IMG/VR virus record: IMGVR_UViG_3300011113_000253
Coordinates: 1-64,000 of that record
Reading direction: 5' to 3' (one strand)
DNA from: a virus
Taxonomy: Duplodnaviria; Caudoviricetes
Length of the DNA: 64,000 nt
Shown: positions 20,675 through 29,999 of the stretch, piece after piece
How the letters are laid out: each line of letters opens with the position of its first letter
Position numbering within the stretch: the first letter of the stretch is position 1
The notes under the pieces: model-generated
What the model was told of the DNA's origin: nothing
The model's database searches: none
What the model saw: only the letters and a program-made list of their open reading frames with translations
Position numbers and translations under genes: made by a program

Positions 20675-21060
20675 AAGATCCAAATGAAATTGTAAAAATA
20701 GAAAAAGCTATAGCACAGAAGTATGGCGAAGATACAATAATGAATCCAAAACATTATTGGAACGAAGATAAAGAAAAAGAATACCTCCAACAAATAAAAG
20801 AAGTAACCAAGCAAGAAATAAAAGACAGAGAAAACAATCAAAAGATTGATATTGGTGGTCTTTTTATTTCTAAAAAACTACTTAATAAAGACAGCAATAG
20901 AAGTTGTCCCGTTTGTCATACTTATTCTTTTGATCTTAACGATGATTTATACATGAATCGATACCAATGTTGTAAAAAATGTTACATACAATGGGTTGAA
21001 GGAAGAGAAGAAAGATGGAAAACAGGATGGAGGCCAAATGAAAATAACAGTAAGTCGTGA
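20671..21060 (+). CDS. conserved phage Cys-rich (Zn-binding) protein
   Basis: CPVC...CCKKC; GAGGA RBS before ATG 20671. Confidence 0.6.
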   Translation: MKDPNEIVKIEKAIAQKYGEDTIMNPKHYWNEDKEKEYLQQIKEVTKQEIKDRENNQKIDIGGLFISKKLLNKDSNRSCPVCHTYSFDLNDDLYMNRYQCCKKCYIQWVEGREERWKTGWRPNENNSKS

Positions 21061-21376
21061 AGAGCTTAAACAAATAATTAAAGAAGAGTGGGAGCGTGAG
21101 ATGCTTCTTGAAATGCATACAGAAGCTGAAGAAATGGCAATGCCACAAGGTTACGATTCAACTGTTGAAGACCAAGATCAAGAATTAGATTACGAAGGTT
21201 ACATGACCAAATCTCAACTTTATAAAATTGGTGAAGCTGCTTTAAAGCTTCACGATATGATAGAAGATGGCGACAACCTTCCAGAATGGATGCAATCAAA
21301 AATTGCACAAGCAGAACAAATGATTCAATCGGCATATAATGCATTAAAATACGACAAAGTAAGAGGGACTGTATAA
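21038..21376 (+). CDS. putative internal head protein with capsid-targeting-like leader
   Basis: MKITVSREELKQIIKEEWEREMLLE; helical domain EGYMTKSQL...LPEWMQSKIAQA; GGAGG RBS. Confidence 0.55.
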   Translation: MKITVSREELKQIIKEEWEREMLLEMHTEAEEMAMPQGYDSTVEDQDQELDYEGYMTKSQLYKIGEAALKLHDMIEDGDNLPEWMQSKIAQAEQMIQSAYNALKYDKVRGTV

Positions 21377-21945
21377 TGGCTACTACTCTTGAAATAGTTC
21401 AAGGCATCGCACAAGCAGCAGCAAATGCTTATGATGGTTCACACATTGGTAAATACAATGCTGATGGAGAAGAAAAGAAAATAGGACTCCGCAGAGAAGA
21501 GGGTGATCCAATCCTTGACTCAAGAGTTATTGATGGATTTAAAGTTAAATTTAAAGGTAATAAACTTTGTATAACTTACCAAAGTGAAATTCGTTTAAAA
21601 GAAGTTCATAAAGGTGCAAAATTTGAATCTGAAATGGAAGGAGTTATGGCAGACATTGTTAAATTCTTAAAGAAAGAATATAAAATAATTACTGGTAATT
21701 CTCTTTCTTTAAAGCCTGTAGGCGAGGTAAACATTTTTGTTCAACCAATTTCAAGAACAAGAACGGATCTTTCAATGTATCAAGAGTTTGAAATAACTTC
21801 TTACGATAGTAAAATTGTTATTGCAGTTGGGCTTCCAAGTGAAGACACAACAAGAGATGCAATTAAAAAATTCCTTTCTTTAGGAAGACAAAAAGCTAAA
21901 AGACCTTCAAACGATACAAGAAAACAAGAAAAGAAAAAAGATTAA
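21376..21945 (+). CDS. hypothetical protein upstream of terminase
   Basis: 189 aa ORF with TAATG coupling. Confidence 0.6.
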   Translation: MATTLEIVQGIAQAAANAYDGSHIGKYNADGEEKKIGLRREEGDPILDSRVIDGFKVKFKGNKLCITYQSEIRLKEVHKGAKFESEMEGVMADIVKFLKKEYKIITGNSLSLKPVGEVNIFVQPISRTRTDLSMYQEFEITSYDSKIVIAVGLPSEDTTRDAIKKFLSLGRQKAKRPSNDTRKQEKKKD

Positions 21946-21951
21946 AATGAA

Positions 21952-23538
21952 ATGGCAGTTTACCGACCAACAAAACAGGAAATACAATCTGAAATTTTAA
22001 AGTGTGGTAAAGACCCAATTTATTTTTTAAATACTTACGCAAGAATTTCTGATACACAAAAAGGTCCAATACCTTTTAGAACTTATGATTTTCAAAATGA
22101 AGTTCTAAAGGATATGAAGGACTTTCGTTTTAACGTTGTTTTAAAGGCCCGTCAGCTAGGGTTATCAACAATTGTGGCAGGATACATTGCTTGGTTGATG
22201 TTATTTCATAGAGATAAGAACGTACTCATCTTAGCAACCAAATTATTATCAGCATCAAACTTGGTAAAGAAAGTTAAATACATAATCAAAAGTCTTCCAG
22301 AATGGTTGATGATTGCTGATGTTAAAATAGACAACAGAAACTCATTTGAATTAACAAACGGTTCACAAATTAAAGCTTCAGCAACTTCTGGCGATGCTGG
22401 TCGTTCTGAGGCTCTTTCTTTGTTGGTTCTGGACGAAGCTGCATTCATTGAGAACATGAAAGACCTTTGGACAGGTGTGTATCCTACACTTGCTACAGGT
22501 GGTCGTTGTATTGCTATCTCAACCCCTAATGGTGTAGGTAATTGGTTCCACCAAACTTATGTAAATGCCGAATCTGGTGAAAATGAATTTCATCCAATAA
22601 AACTACATTGGTCTGTGCATCCAAATAGAGATCAATCTTGGTTTGAAAAAGAAACAAAAAATATGTCAAGAAGAGAGATTGCACAAGAATATGAATGTTC
22701 TTTTAATGCATCTGGCGAAACTGTAATTGCTGCTGAGGATTTAGAATACTTACACAACAATTGTAAAGAGCCAAAACATAGAACAGGTGTTGATAGAAAC
22801 TATTGGATTTGGAAAGAGTTTAATTCTGAGCATACTTACGTTTTGGTTGCAGACGTAGCTAGAGGTGATGGTAAGGATAATTCTGTATTTCATATTGTAA
22901 ACTTAGATACAAATGAAGTTATAGCAGAATATCAAGGCAAAATAACCACAGAAGATTTTGCAAACTTAATTATGACCGCTGGTAAAGAATATGGTAACTG
23001 TATGGTTGTTATTGAGAATAACAACATAGGCTTTTCAGTATCAGAAAAAATAATAGCTGCTGGTTATCCAAACATATATTACTCTACTAAAGGTTCGGCA
23101 GAATATATTGATCAGATATCAGCAGAAGGCACTACAAATACAGTCCCAGGATTTACAACCTCACATAAAACAAGACCATTAATTATTGCTAAGCTTGAAG
23201 AGTTTATAAGAAATAAAACTATAAAAATTAATTCATTAAGAACTGTAAACGAATTAGATACATTTATTTGGTCTTATGGAAGAGGCCAAGCAATGCAAGG
23301 CTATAACGACGATTTGGTTATGTCACTTGCAATCGCTTGTTGGATTAAAGATACAGTATTTCAAACTAACCAAAGAGAGCTAGAATATAAGAAAGCAATG
23401 TTGACAAGTCTAGTAAAAACTAATACAATGATGGATACAAAAATACCTGGTATGCTTGGTTACAATAAAGACTTATCAGTTTCTTTAAACGAAGCGAAAC
23501 AACAATATGAAAACTTCTTTTGGGTTTATAAAGGATAA
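21952..23538 (+). CDS. terL: terminase large subunit (T4 gp17-like)
   Basis: KARQLGLST Walker A, LVLDEAAF Walker B, ISTPNG coupling motif, ADVARG and NDDLVMS nuclease motifs. Confidence 0.95.
   Translation: MAVYRPTKQEIQSEILKCGKDPIYFLNTYARISDTQKGPIPFRTYDFQNEVLKDMKDFRFNVVLKARQLGLSTIVAGYIAWLMLFHRDKNVLILATKLLSASNLVKKVKYIIKSLPEWLMIADVKIDNRNSFELTNGSQIKASATSGDAGRSEALSLLVLDEAAFIENMKDLWTGVYPTLATGGRCIAISTPNGVGNWFHQTYVNAESGENEFHPIKLHWSVHPNRDQSWFEKETKNMSRREIAQEYECSFNASGETVIAAEDLEYLHNNCKEPKHRTGVDRNYWIWKEFNSEHTYVLVADVARGDGKDNSVFHIVNLDTNEVIAEYQGKITTEDFANLIMTAGKEYGNCMVVIENNNIGFSVSEKIIAAGYPNIYYSTKGSAEYIDQISAEGTTNTVPGFTTSHKTRPLIIAKLEEFIRNKTIKINSLRTVNELDTFIWSYGRGQAMQGYNDDLVMSLAIACWIKDTVFQTNQRELEYKKAMLTSLVKTNTMMDTKIPGMLGYNKDLSVSLNEAKQQYENFFWVYKG
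23401..23429 (+). promoter_or_regulatory. near-consensus sigma70 promoter (TTGACA-17-TACAAT) inside the terL 3' end
   Basis: TTGACA 23401-23406, TACAAT 23424-23429; about 110 nt upstream of the portal ATG. Confidence 0.5.
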
Positions 23539-23540
23539 AA

Positions 23541-25550
23541 ATGGCAGATCAAAAATTTAAAAATACAAAAAATCAAGACTCTGAATTATTTAAGAGGCTT
23601 ACTAAGTTATTCTCTGGTCCTATAGTAAACTATAATCAACCAGTACAAAGTAGATATAGACGTAACCAAATGGACAAGTTTGGTCAGAAGTTTACATCTG
23701 CTGGTGGTTTAGAATTTAAAAAATCTGCTTATAATCCATACGAAAATTTTTCATCTAAAATGATGTCAAATCAAAATCGAGCCGACAGGTATATTGATTT
23801 TGACCAAATGGAGTACATGCCAGAGATTGCATCTGCTCTTGATATTTATGCAGATGAAATGACAACATCTAATGAACTTAATAATATGTTAAGTATTAAA
23901 TGTCCAAACGAAGAAATAAAATCTATATTAAATACATTATTCAACAAAACTTTAAATCTTGATTCAAATCTTTTTAATTGGTGTCGCAATATGTGTAAAT
24001 ATGGCGATCACTTTTTGTATTTAGACATTGATGAAAGATTGGGAATAAAATCTGCTTTAGGTCTTCCTGCGAATCAAATAGAAAGAATGGAAGGTAAAGA
24101 TCCAACAAATCCAAATTATGTTCAATTTCAATGGAACTCTGGTGGTTTAACCTTTGAAAATTGGCAAGTAGCACATTTTAGAATTCTTGGAAACGATAAG
24201 TATTCTCCATATGGTACTTCTGTATTGGATTCCGCAAGAAGAATTTGGAGACAACTTACACTTCTTGAAGATGCAATGATGGCATACCGTATCACAAGAT
24301 CTCCAGAAAGAAAAGTATTTTACATTGATGTTGGGAACATTCCACCACAAGAAGTCGAACAATACATGCAAAGAGTTATGACTTCAATGAAGCGTAATCA
24401 AATTGTTGATCAAAATACTGGTCGTGTTGATTTGCGTTATAATCCAATGTCAGTAGACGAAGATTACTTTATTCCAGTTCGTGGCGGTCAAAACAATACA
24501 AAGATTGATGCACTTCCAGGTGGTCAATTTGCTTCTGCTATTGAAGACGTAAAATACCTTAGAGATAAATTATTTGCTGCTTTAAAAGTTCCAATGTCAT
24601 ACCTTATTAGAGGTGATGGTGCAACTGAAGACAAAGCAACTCTTGCACAAAAAGACATTAGATTTGCTAGAACCATCCAAAGACTTCAAAGAGTAGCTGT
24701 AGCAGAGTTAGAAAAGATTGGTATTATCCATTTATTTACACTTGGCTATAGAGGATCGGATTTAATTTCATTTAAACTTTCTCTTAACAATCCATCAAAA
24801 ATTGCAGCCCTACAAGAACTTGAACATTGGAAAACTAAGTTTGATGTTGCTGGTGGAGCTACAGAAGGCTACTTCTCTAAGCGTTGGATTGCTCAACACA
24901 TCTTTGGTTTGTCTGATGAAGAATTCTTACGCATCCAAAGAGAACAATACTATGATCGTAAGTTTGCAGCATCATTAGAAGCTGCTGGCGCACAACCACA
25001 AGCAGCCGCTGGAGGCGGCGGTGGAGGTGGTGGAGGTCTATTAGGTGGAGGACTTGGTGGAGGCGAAGCACCAGCCCCAGAAGGCGCACCAACACCAGAA
25101 GAAGGAACACCACCAGAAGGCGGCGCAGCACCAGAAGGAGGAGGTGAAGCTCCAGAAGCACCAGCCGCTCCAGAACCAGCAGCAGGAGAAGAGGGTGGAA
25201 GCACATTATTAGCAGCACCATCGAAGAGAAGAGATGGTAAACCACAAACAACCACACCAGCATCTAAAGGAAAAATGTATACACCAGCTAAATTTACTGG
25301 TGGTGATGGAAGAAAATCTGGAGCATTTAAAAGAAGTAATTTAGCTTCTGGTGGAGGCTTTACTGCAAGCGGTAGTCGCAAAAATGTTATGAAAGATCAA
25401 GAATTAGATTCACTCATTGGTAACTTTCTTAGAGAAAATATGAACGATACACACAATGAAGATGAATTTGAACTATTTAGAATAGAGCGTGAAACTCGTC
25501 AATTAATCGAAAGTTTGGAGTCCAAAAATAATGGAAAGAATAAAGCTTAA
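23541..25550 (+). CDS. portal protein (T4 gp20-like) with Gly/Pro/Ala/Glu-rich C-terminal extension
   Basis: LEDAMMAYRITRSPERKVFYIDVGN, EDYFIPVRG, IDALPGG and DVKYLRDKLFAALKVP are gp20 hallmarks. Confidence 0.93.
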   Translation: MADQKFKNTKNQDSELFKRLTKLFSGPIVNYNQPVQSRYRRNQMDKFGQKFTSAGGLEFKKSAYNPYENFSSKMMSNQNRADRYIDFDQMEYMPEIASALDIYADEMTTSNELNNMLSIKCPNEEIKSILNTLFNKTLNLDSNLFNWCRNMCKYGDHFLYLDIDERLGIKSALGLPANQIERMEGKDPTNPNYVQFQWNSGGLTFENWQVAHFRILGNDKYSPYGTSVLDSARRIWRQLTLLEDAMMAYRITRSPERKVFYIDVGNIPPQEVEQYMQRVMTSMKRNQIVDQNTGRVDLRYNPMSVDEDYFIPVRGGQNNTKIDALPGGQFASAIEDVKYLRDKLFAALKVPMSYLIRGDGATEDKATLAQKDIRFARTIQRLQRVAVAELEKIGIIHLFTLGYRGSDLISFKLSLNNPSKIAALQELEHWKTKFDVAGGATEGYFSKRWIAQHIFGLSDEEFLRIQREQYYDRKFAASLEAAGAQPQAAAGGGGGGGGGLLGGGLGGGEAPAPEGAPTPEEGTPPEGGAAPEGGGEAPEAPAAPEPAAGEEGGSTLLAAPSKRRDGKPQTTTPASKGKMYTPAKFTGGDGRKSGAFKRSNLASGGGFTASGSRKNVMKDQELDSLIGNFLRENMNDTHNEDEFELFRIERETRQLIESLESKNNGKNKA

Positions 25551-26331
25551 ACATAATAAGAAAAGAAACACCGCTTTTCTTTTTGAGTCTTTAACTAAAG
25601 AGCTTACCAAAGCTATTGTTGCCAAAGATGAAAATAGAAAAGCACTTGTATTATCAATAATCAAAGAACATTTTAAAAAGGGCACATCTTTAGCTAGAGA
25701 GCTAGATGTTTACAAATCTCTTTATGAATCAAGAGGACTTCCAAAAGAAGCAGCAGAAAGAATGGTTACAGAAGCCAAAAGAGTTTATTTTGGTCTTAAT
25801 CAGCAACACATTTTTAATGACCAAACTAGAGTTATTAATGATGTAAATAGACAACTTGGTCCTGCTGTATTTACAAATTTTATGTCTAACTATAAAGATC
25901 TTGCAACAATAGCACAAATCTTTGATCAAGAAATTCCAATGAAATCAAGAGTAATACTTGAACAGTTCTTGGTTGAAAGATTGTCAACTGAAGATAACAT
26001 GCAGAATCTTAAACCAATAGACAATCTTGTTTACAAAGAATTCGTAAAGAAGTTCAATGAGAAATACGGTACATCACTTCTTGAAGAACAAAAAGAGTTA
26101 TTAACAAGATACATCGCTTCATTCTCAGATGGTGACTTTGATTTTAAAATTTATCTTAACGAAGAGATTTCAAGAATAAGAAGTGTAATAAAAACAACTT
26201 CTAATCTTAACGAAGCAACGCAGAGACAAGATATTCTTTCTGTAATTGACAACATTAAGAATACTCAAATAGATCATAATGTTATCGAGAAGGTTCTTAA
26301 ACTTCAAGGAATTGCTAAGGAACTTTCCTAA
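25531..26331 (+). CDS. conserved head-region protein
   Basis: KHNKKRNTAFLFESL N-terminus, helical; directly after the portal gene. Confidence 0.6.
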   Translation: MERIKLKHNKKRNTAFLFESLTKELTKAIVAKDENRKALVLSIIKEHFKKGTSLARELDVYKSLYESRGLPKEAAERMVTEAKRVYFGLNQQHIFNDQTRVINDVNRQLGPAVFTNFMSNYKDLATIAQIFDQEIPMKSRVILEQFLVERLSTEDNMQNLKPIDNLVYKEFVKKFNEKYGTSLLEEQKELLTRYIASFSDGDFDFKIYLNEEISRIRSVIKTTSNLNEATQRQDILSVIDNIKNTQIDHNVIEKVLKLQGIAKELS

Positions 26332-26903
26332 TGTCTATTAAAATTAAAGTTAAAGATGATACAATGCCAAGTGGTCCAAAAGAGCCACCAAAAACTAAAG
26401 TTAAACTTGACATAAGAAAAACTTTAGATGGTAATTTTATTATTCAAGATCATCCTTACATAGACATTATAATTTCACCATCAAAAAATAAAATACTTGT
26501 TTTATCAACTCTTTCAATGGATGATAAAACTTATTATACTCAAAACAAGTATTTAGACTTTCTTTATAAGCGTGGTGTTATTGATCCATCTACTATACAA
26601 GCTGGAAACATTTACGCATCAATGGAAGCTGCTATTCCTCAAACAGAAGAAAAAGTAGATCCAATTGAAGTTATTATTTTTTCAACAGCTTTATTCATGG
26701 ATAAAGAAAGACCATCATTTGAGTTTGAAAAAGCAATGAGAAGAGATCAAGACAATTATCTTACAAATCCAGAAGAAGAAGATTCAACTGAACTTGGTGA
26801 AGTACCACAAAAGGCTCGTCAAGGCTCTATTGGTACTGCTGCTTACTCTATCAACAAACATTACAACATTGCTTATCTTGGAGAGCAAAAAGAGAAGAAA
26901 TAA
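26331..26903 (+). CDS. hypothetical protein
   Basis: 190 aa ORF, translationally coupled. Confidence 0.6.
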   Translation: MSIKIKVKDDTMPSGPKEPPKTKVKLDIRKTLDGNFIIQDHPYIDIIISPSKNKILVLSTLSMDDKTYYTQNKYLDFLYKRGVIDPSTIQAGNIYASMEAAIPQTEEKVDPIEVIIFSTALFMDKERPSFEFEKAMRRDQDNYLTNPEEEDSTELGEVPQKARQGSIGTAAYSINKHYNIAYLGEQKEKK

Positions 26904-27205
26904 TGTGGCTTTTGTATTTTATTCTTGTTTGTTTTGGTTTAACTAACATTCTTGTTTACGGTTCAATACTAAATTGTGTTAGACCAAAAGAAGGACTATG
27001 GGGAGAACTATTTAAATGTCCAATGTGTATGGGATTCCATGTTGGATGGTTTGTTGCTATGTTAATGAATCTTTCAAGTCTTATTGATGTATCTACAAGC
27101 ATAGTTGATACATTTTTGTTAGCTTGCTTATCATCGGGGACTTCTTATGTTTTGTGTTCATTATTTACCGATTTTGGAATTAATTTTAAAATCAATAAAG
27201 AATAA
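26903..27205 (+). CDS. small membrane protein with CxxC (DUF1360-like)
   Basis: About 3 hydrophobic segments and LFKCPMCMGFHVG. Confidence 0.55.
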   Translation: MWLLYFILVCFGLTNILVYGSILNCVRPKEGLWGELFKCPMCMGFHVGWFVAMLMNLSSLIDVSTSIVDTFLLACLSSGTSYVLCSLFTDFGINFKINKE

Positions 27206-27245
27206 TAATAAAAATGAATCTAATTAGAATAGTTGGAGATTTATT

Positions 27246-27359
27246 ATGATAACTCAAAATACACAAGGCTTTTGGACCAGAAAATGGGCACTTCAACCTG
27301 TAAGACTTTGTTGCAGAGGAAAGCCGAAAGGTATACAAAAAGGAATTTTATTTAAATGA
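27246..27359 (+). CDS. 37-aa basic peptide missed by the ORF track
   Basis: GGAG RBS at about 27235; MITQNTQGFWTRKWALQPVRLCCRGKPKGIQKGILFK; the stop overlaps the next ATG (ATGA). Confidence 0.6.
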   Translation: MITQNTQGFWTRKWALQPVRLCCRGKPKGIQKGILFK

Positions 27360-27904
27360 AAATAACTGAATCTCATTTGAGAGTAATAATAAAAGAAGAG
27401 CTTAAAGGTTTACTTAATGAAGTTGGACCTGTCATGGATGTTACGCCACCTTCAGCTTACGTGCAAACAGCCGATCCAGAATTTATTGCAAGAATGCAGC
27501 AAGGTGAACAAGCAATTTTATCACAAGTAGATGGAGAGAAAATTAAAAAAGTACTTACAGATAAATTAACTTTTAAAAAAATAAATGATAATGAAGTTAT
27601 GGTTACTGATAAAACTACTAACAAAACAGCTACTATTGATTTAAATAATTTAAGAGTAAAACAGGGGCATAGCCAATCATATAGACCCCCTGGTAGTTCT
27701 ACAAGAACAATTTATGTTCCTGCACCTGCTAAACAAGAAATACAAAAATTAAAAAATCTTAATCAAGAAGTAAAAAATGTAATTGAAGCTGAACAAGCAA
27801 AAAATGAACAACAAGTTATGACCATTATTTTTTCTACTATACTTGTTGGTCTTGCAAGTGCATATGGCGCAGCTATTGTTGCTGATAAGAGACAAGGTAA
27901 ATAA
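27356..27904 (+). CDS. leader-tagged protein with C-terminal TM helix
   Basis: MKITESHLRVIIKEELKGLLNE leader; C-terminal VMTIIFSTILVGLASAYGAAIV. Confidence 0.55.
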   Translation: MKITESHLRVIIKEELKGLLNEVGPVMDVTPPSAYVQTADPEFIARMQQGEQAILSQVDGEKIKKVLTDKLTFKKINDNEVMVTDKTTNKTATIDLNNLRVKQGHSQSYRPPGSSTRTIYVPAPAKQEIQKLKNLNQEVKNVIEAEQAKNEQQVMTIIFSTILVGLASAYGAAIVADKRQGK

Positions 27905-27906
27905 AA

Positions 27907-28503
27907 ATGAGCAAATCACTTTTAAGAGAATTTTACGAACTATGCCCAAACGGACTTTGTGAAGACATACTTACAGAGTCTGATAAGCATTTCATCAAAC
28001 AAGGTGGAATGATGCTTTCTGGTGTTATTCAAAGAGCAGATGCAAGAAATGGAAATGGCAGAATTTATCCACATTCTGTTCTTGATCGTGAAATGAAAAC
28101 TTATCAAAATCTTGTCCAAGAAAGAAGAGCATTGGGAGAATTAGACCATCCAGATCAATCTGTTATCAATCTGCGTAACGTATCACATTTAGTTACAGAG
28201 ACTTGGTGGAACGGAAAAGATGTAATGGGTAAGATACAAGTTCTTAACACTCCATCTGGTCAAGTATTAAAAGAATTAGTAAATGCAAATGTCAAGATTG
28301 GTATTTCTTCAAGAGGAACAGGCTCTGTAAGAGAAAACAGAGGCGAAACAATAGTAGAAGATGATTTCAATCTTATTTGTTTTGATATTGTTTCTGAACC
28401 TTCAACTCATGGTGCATTTATGTTCCAAGAAAACAGAAAGATGGTTACAGAAAGTAGAGGAACAAAATTAAACAATTTAATTCAAGATTTGTTAAAAAAA
28501 TAA
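27907..28503 (+). CDS. prohead protease (T4 gp21-like)
   Basis: NGNGRIYP, ALGELDHP, IGISSRG and FDIVSEPST motifs. Confidence 0.93.
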   Translation: MSKSLLREFYELCPNGLCEDILTESDKHFIKQGGMMLSGVIQRADARNGNGRIYPHSVLDREMKTYQNLVQERRALGELDHPDQSVINLRNVSHLVTETWWNGKDVMGKIQVLNTPSGQVLKELVNANVKIGISSRGTGSVRENRGETIVEDDFNLICFDIVSEPSTHGAFMFQENRKMVTESRGTKLNNLIQDLLKK

Positions 28504-28515
28504 GGAGATTTTAAT

Positions 28516-28827
28516 ATGCAATTAACAACAGCAAGACTCAAGCAAATTATCAAAGAAGAACTTGAGCAATTAGTCAGCCAAGAAATGGAAGACGATTTAG
28601 AAGAAACAGTAGACGATGTTAGCGAAGTAAATGCAGAAATTGCTTCACTTGAGCAACAACTTGCAGAAGCCAAAAAGAAAGTAGAAATGGCAAAAGGTAA
28701 AAAAGCTGCAATGAAAGGCGATAAAATGCCAGCCAAAAGAGGCGATAGTGGTATGAAAAAAGTAGGACCAGAGCAAACCTTTTCCTCAGCTAAATCAGCT
28801 ATGAAAACAATGAAAAAAGGTAAGTGA
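28516..28827 (+). CDS. small leader-tagged head core protein (acidic middle, basic tail)
   Basis: MQLTTARLKQIIKEELEQLVSQE; AGGAG RBS; adjacent to the protease gene. Confidence 0.55.
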   Translation: MQLTTARLKQIIKEELEQLVSQEMEDDLEETVDDVSEVNAEIASLEQQLAEAKKKVEMAKGKKAAMKGDKMPAKRGDSGMKKVGPEQTFSSAKSAMKTMKKGK

Positions 28828-28836
28828 AATAAAAAT

Positions 28837-28890
28837 AAAACCTAAGTTATAGGTTTTTTATTAGAAGCGGTGCATTTTTATGCACCGCTT
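28837..28890 (+). terminator. two tandem hairpins (probable terminators)
   Basis: AAAACCTA-5-TAGGTTTT followed by Ts; perfect 11 bp stem AAGCGGTGCAT-TTTT-ATGCACCGCTT at 28865-28890. Confidence 0.6.
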
Positions 28891-28891
28891 T

Positions 28892-28899
28892 CTATTTAT
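28892..28899 (+). promoter_or_regulatory. putative late promoter (CTATTTAT)
   Basis: Motif directly after the hairpin; AAGGA RBS and ATG 28924 follow. Confidence 0.55.
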
Positions 28900-28923
28900 G
28901 TATGTAAAGGAAAATTATTAATC

Positions 28924-29583
28924 ATGGTACTAACTGAAACTAAATTAAGATCTGTTATAAGAGAAGAATTACAACAATACTTAATTGAACAAGGATTTTT
29001 ACAAAGAATAGGTTCTGGTATAAAATCTGCTTATCAAAAATTAACTGGTGGCGGTCAAACTTCTACAGCACAAGCTCAAACAACACCTTCTGCGGCACCA
29101 CCAGTTAATCCAAATGTTGCTAAACAAGTTAGAGATCAAAAAATAATTGATAGACAAAAAAGAGGCGAATACGGGCCTACAATACAGTCTGGTCAAGACA
29201 TAGTGAAAGCAAGACGCTATTATTTGCAATTATTAAATACAGGTAAAAAAGAACAAGCAATAAGAGAAATTTTTAACAACTTGACCGCTAACATAACACA
29301 TAGAAAAGATAGAGCCGAAACTTTAAATTCTAATGAAATTGCAATTTATAAAAAATTTATTACAAACATTGAAAATAAATTAAAAAATGTTGTTAAAGAA
29401 AATGAACAGCAAATACAAACAATTATTCCGACAGCCTTGTTAGGAGGTTATTTATCGGTACTTTACAATGAGATAATTAATAATAAACTTATGACAATTG
29501 AAGAATTTAAACGTATAATGAACATAACAGACATTAGTTTACAATTTGAAAAATTAAAGAAACTTATAACAGGAAATCAATGA
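28924..29583 (+). CDS. leader-tagged putative internal head protein
   Basis: MVLTETKLRSVIREELQQYLIE then QGFLQRIGSGIKSAYQKL (amphipathic); start corrected to 28924. Confidence 0.55.
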   Translation: MVLTETKLRSVIREELQQYLIEQGFLQRIGSGIKSAYQKLTGGGQTSTAQAQTTPSAAPPVNPNVAKQVRDQKIIDRQKRGEYGPTIQSGQDIVKARRYYLQLLNTGKKEQAIREIFNNLTANITHRKDRAETLNSNEIAIYKKFITNIENKLKNVVKENEQQIQTIIPTALLGGYLSVLYNEIINNKLMTIEEFKRIMNITDISLQFEKLKKLITGNQ

Positions 29584-29999
29584 ATTCAAATGATTTAAAG
29601 AAAACACTTCGTCCTCTTGTAAAACAATTGGTCAAAGAAGCAATGCAAGAAGAGTTATCAACTGTAATAAGTGAGATAATAAAGCAAACTTCTTCTACAC
29701 AAATTGTTGAACAAAGACAACAAGCTCAACCTGTAATCAATAAACAATTACAAGAACAAAGAGCAGCAGAAAAACAAAAACAAATAGAAGAAAGAAGAAA
29801 AAGATTAGAAGAGTTTAGTAAGAATTCTTTTGGTGGTTTAAACCTATTTGAAGGTACCACACCCGCACCACCACCAAGAGATACAGGAGCAGCGGCAGAG
29901 GCTGTAGCTTCTCCTTTGGCTGGTGTTGATCCAAGTGACTCTGGTGTTGACATTTCTGGTTTACTTAGAATGACGGGTGGTTGGAAACAGATAAAATGA
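29580..29999 (+). CDS. head-region protein with variant leader
   Basis: LKKTLRPLVKQLVKEAMQEEL; C-terminal GVDPSDSGVDIS. Confidence 0.55.
   Translation: MNSNDLKKTLRPLVKQLVKEAMQEELSTVISEIIKQTSSTQIVEQRQQAQPVINKQLQEQRAAEKQKQIEERRKRLEEFSKNSFGGLNLFEGTTPAPPPRDTGAAAEAVASPLAGVDPSDSGVDISGLLRMTGGWKQIK

Noticed and set aside
21952-23538. Intein or intron in terminase (also considered for MCP and PolA)
   Set aside because: Normal lengths and continuous motifs, with no intein splice-junction or homing endonuclease signatures.
24877-25381. Antisense Pro-rich ORFs or a GC-rich foreign insert in the portal gene
   Set aside because: Explained by the Gly/Ala/Pro/Glu linker codons on the + strand.
27322-27333. 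GCC-GAAA-GGT mini hairpin as part of a ribozyme
   Set aside because: No hammerhead CUGANGA core nearby, the stem is too short, and it lies in a small ORF.
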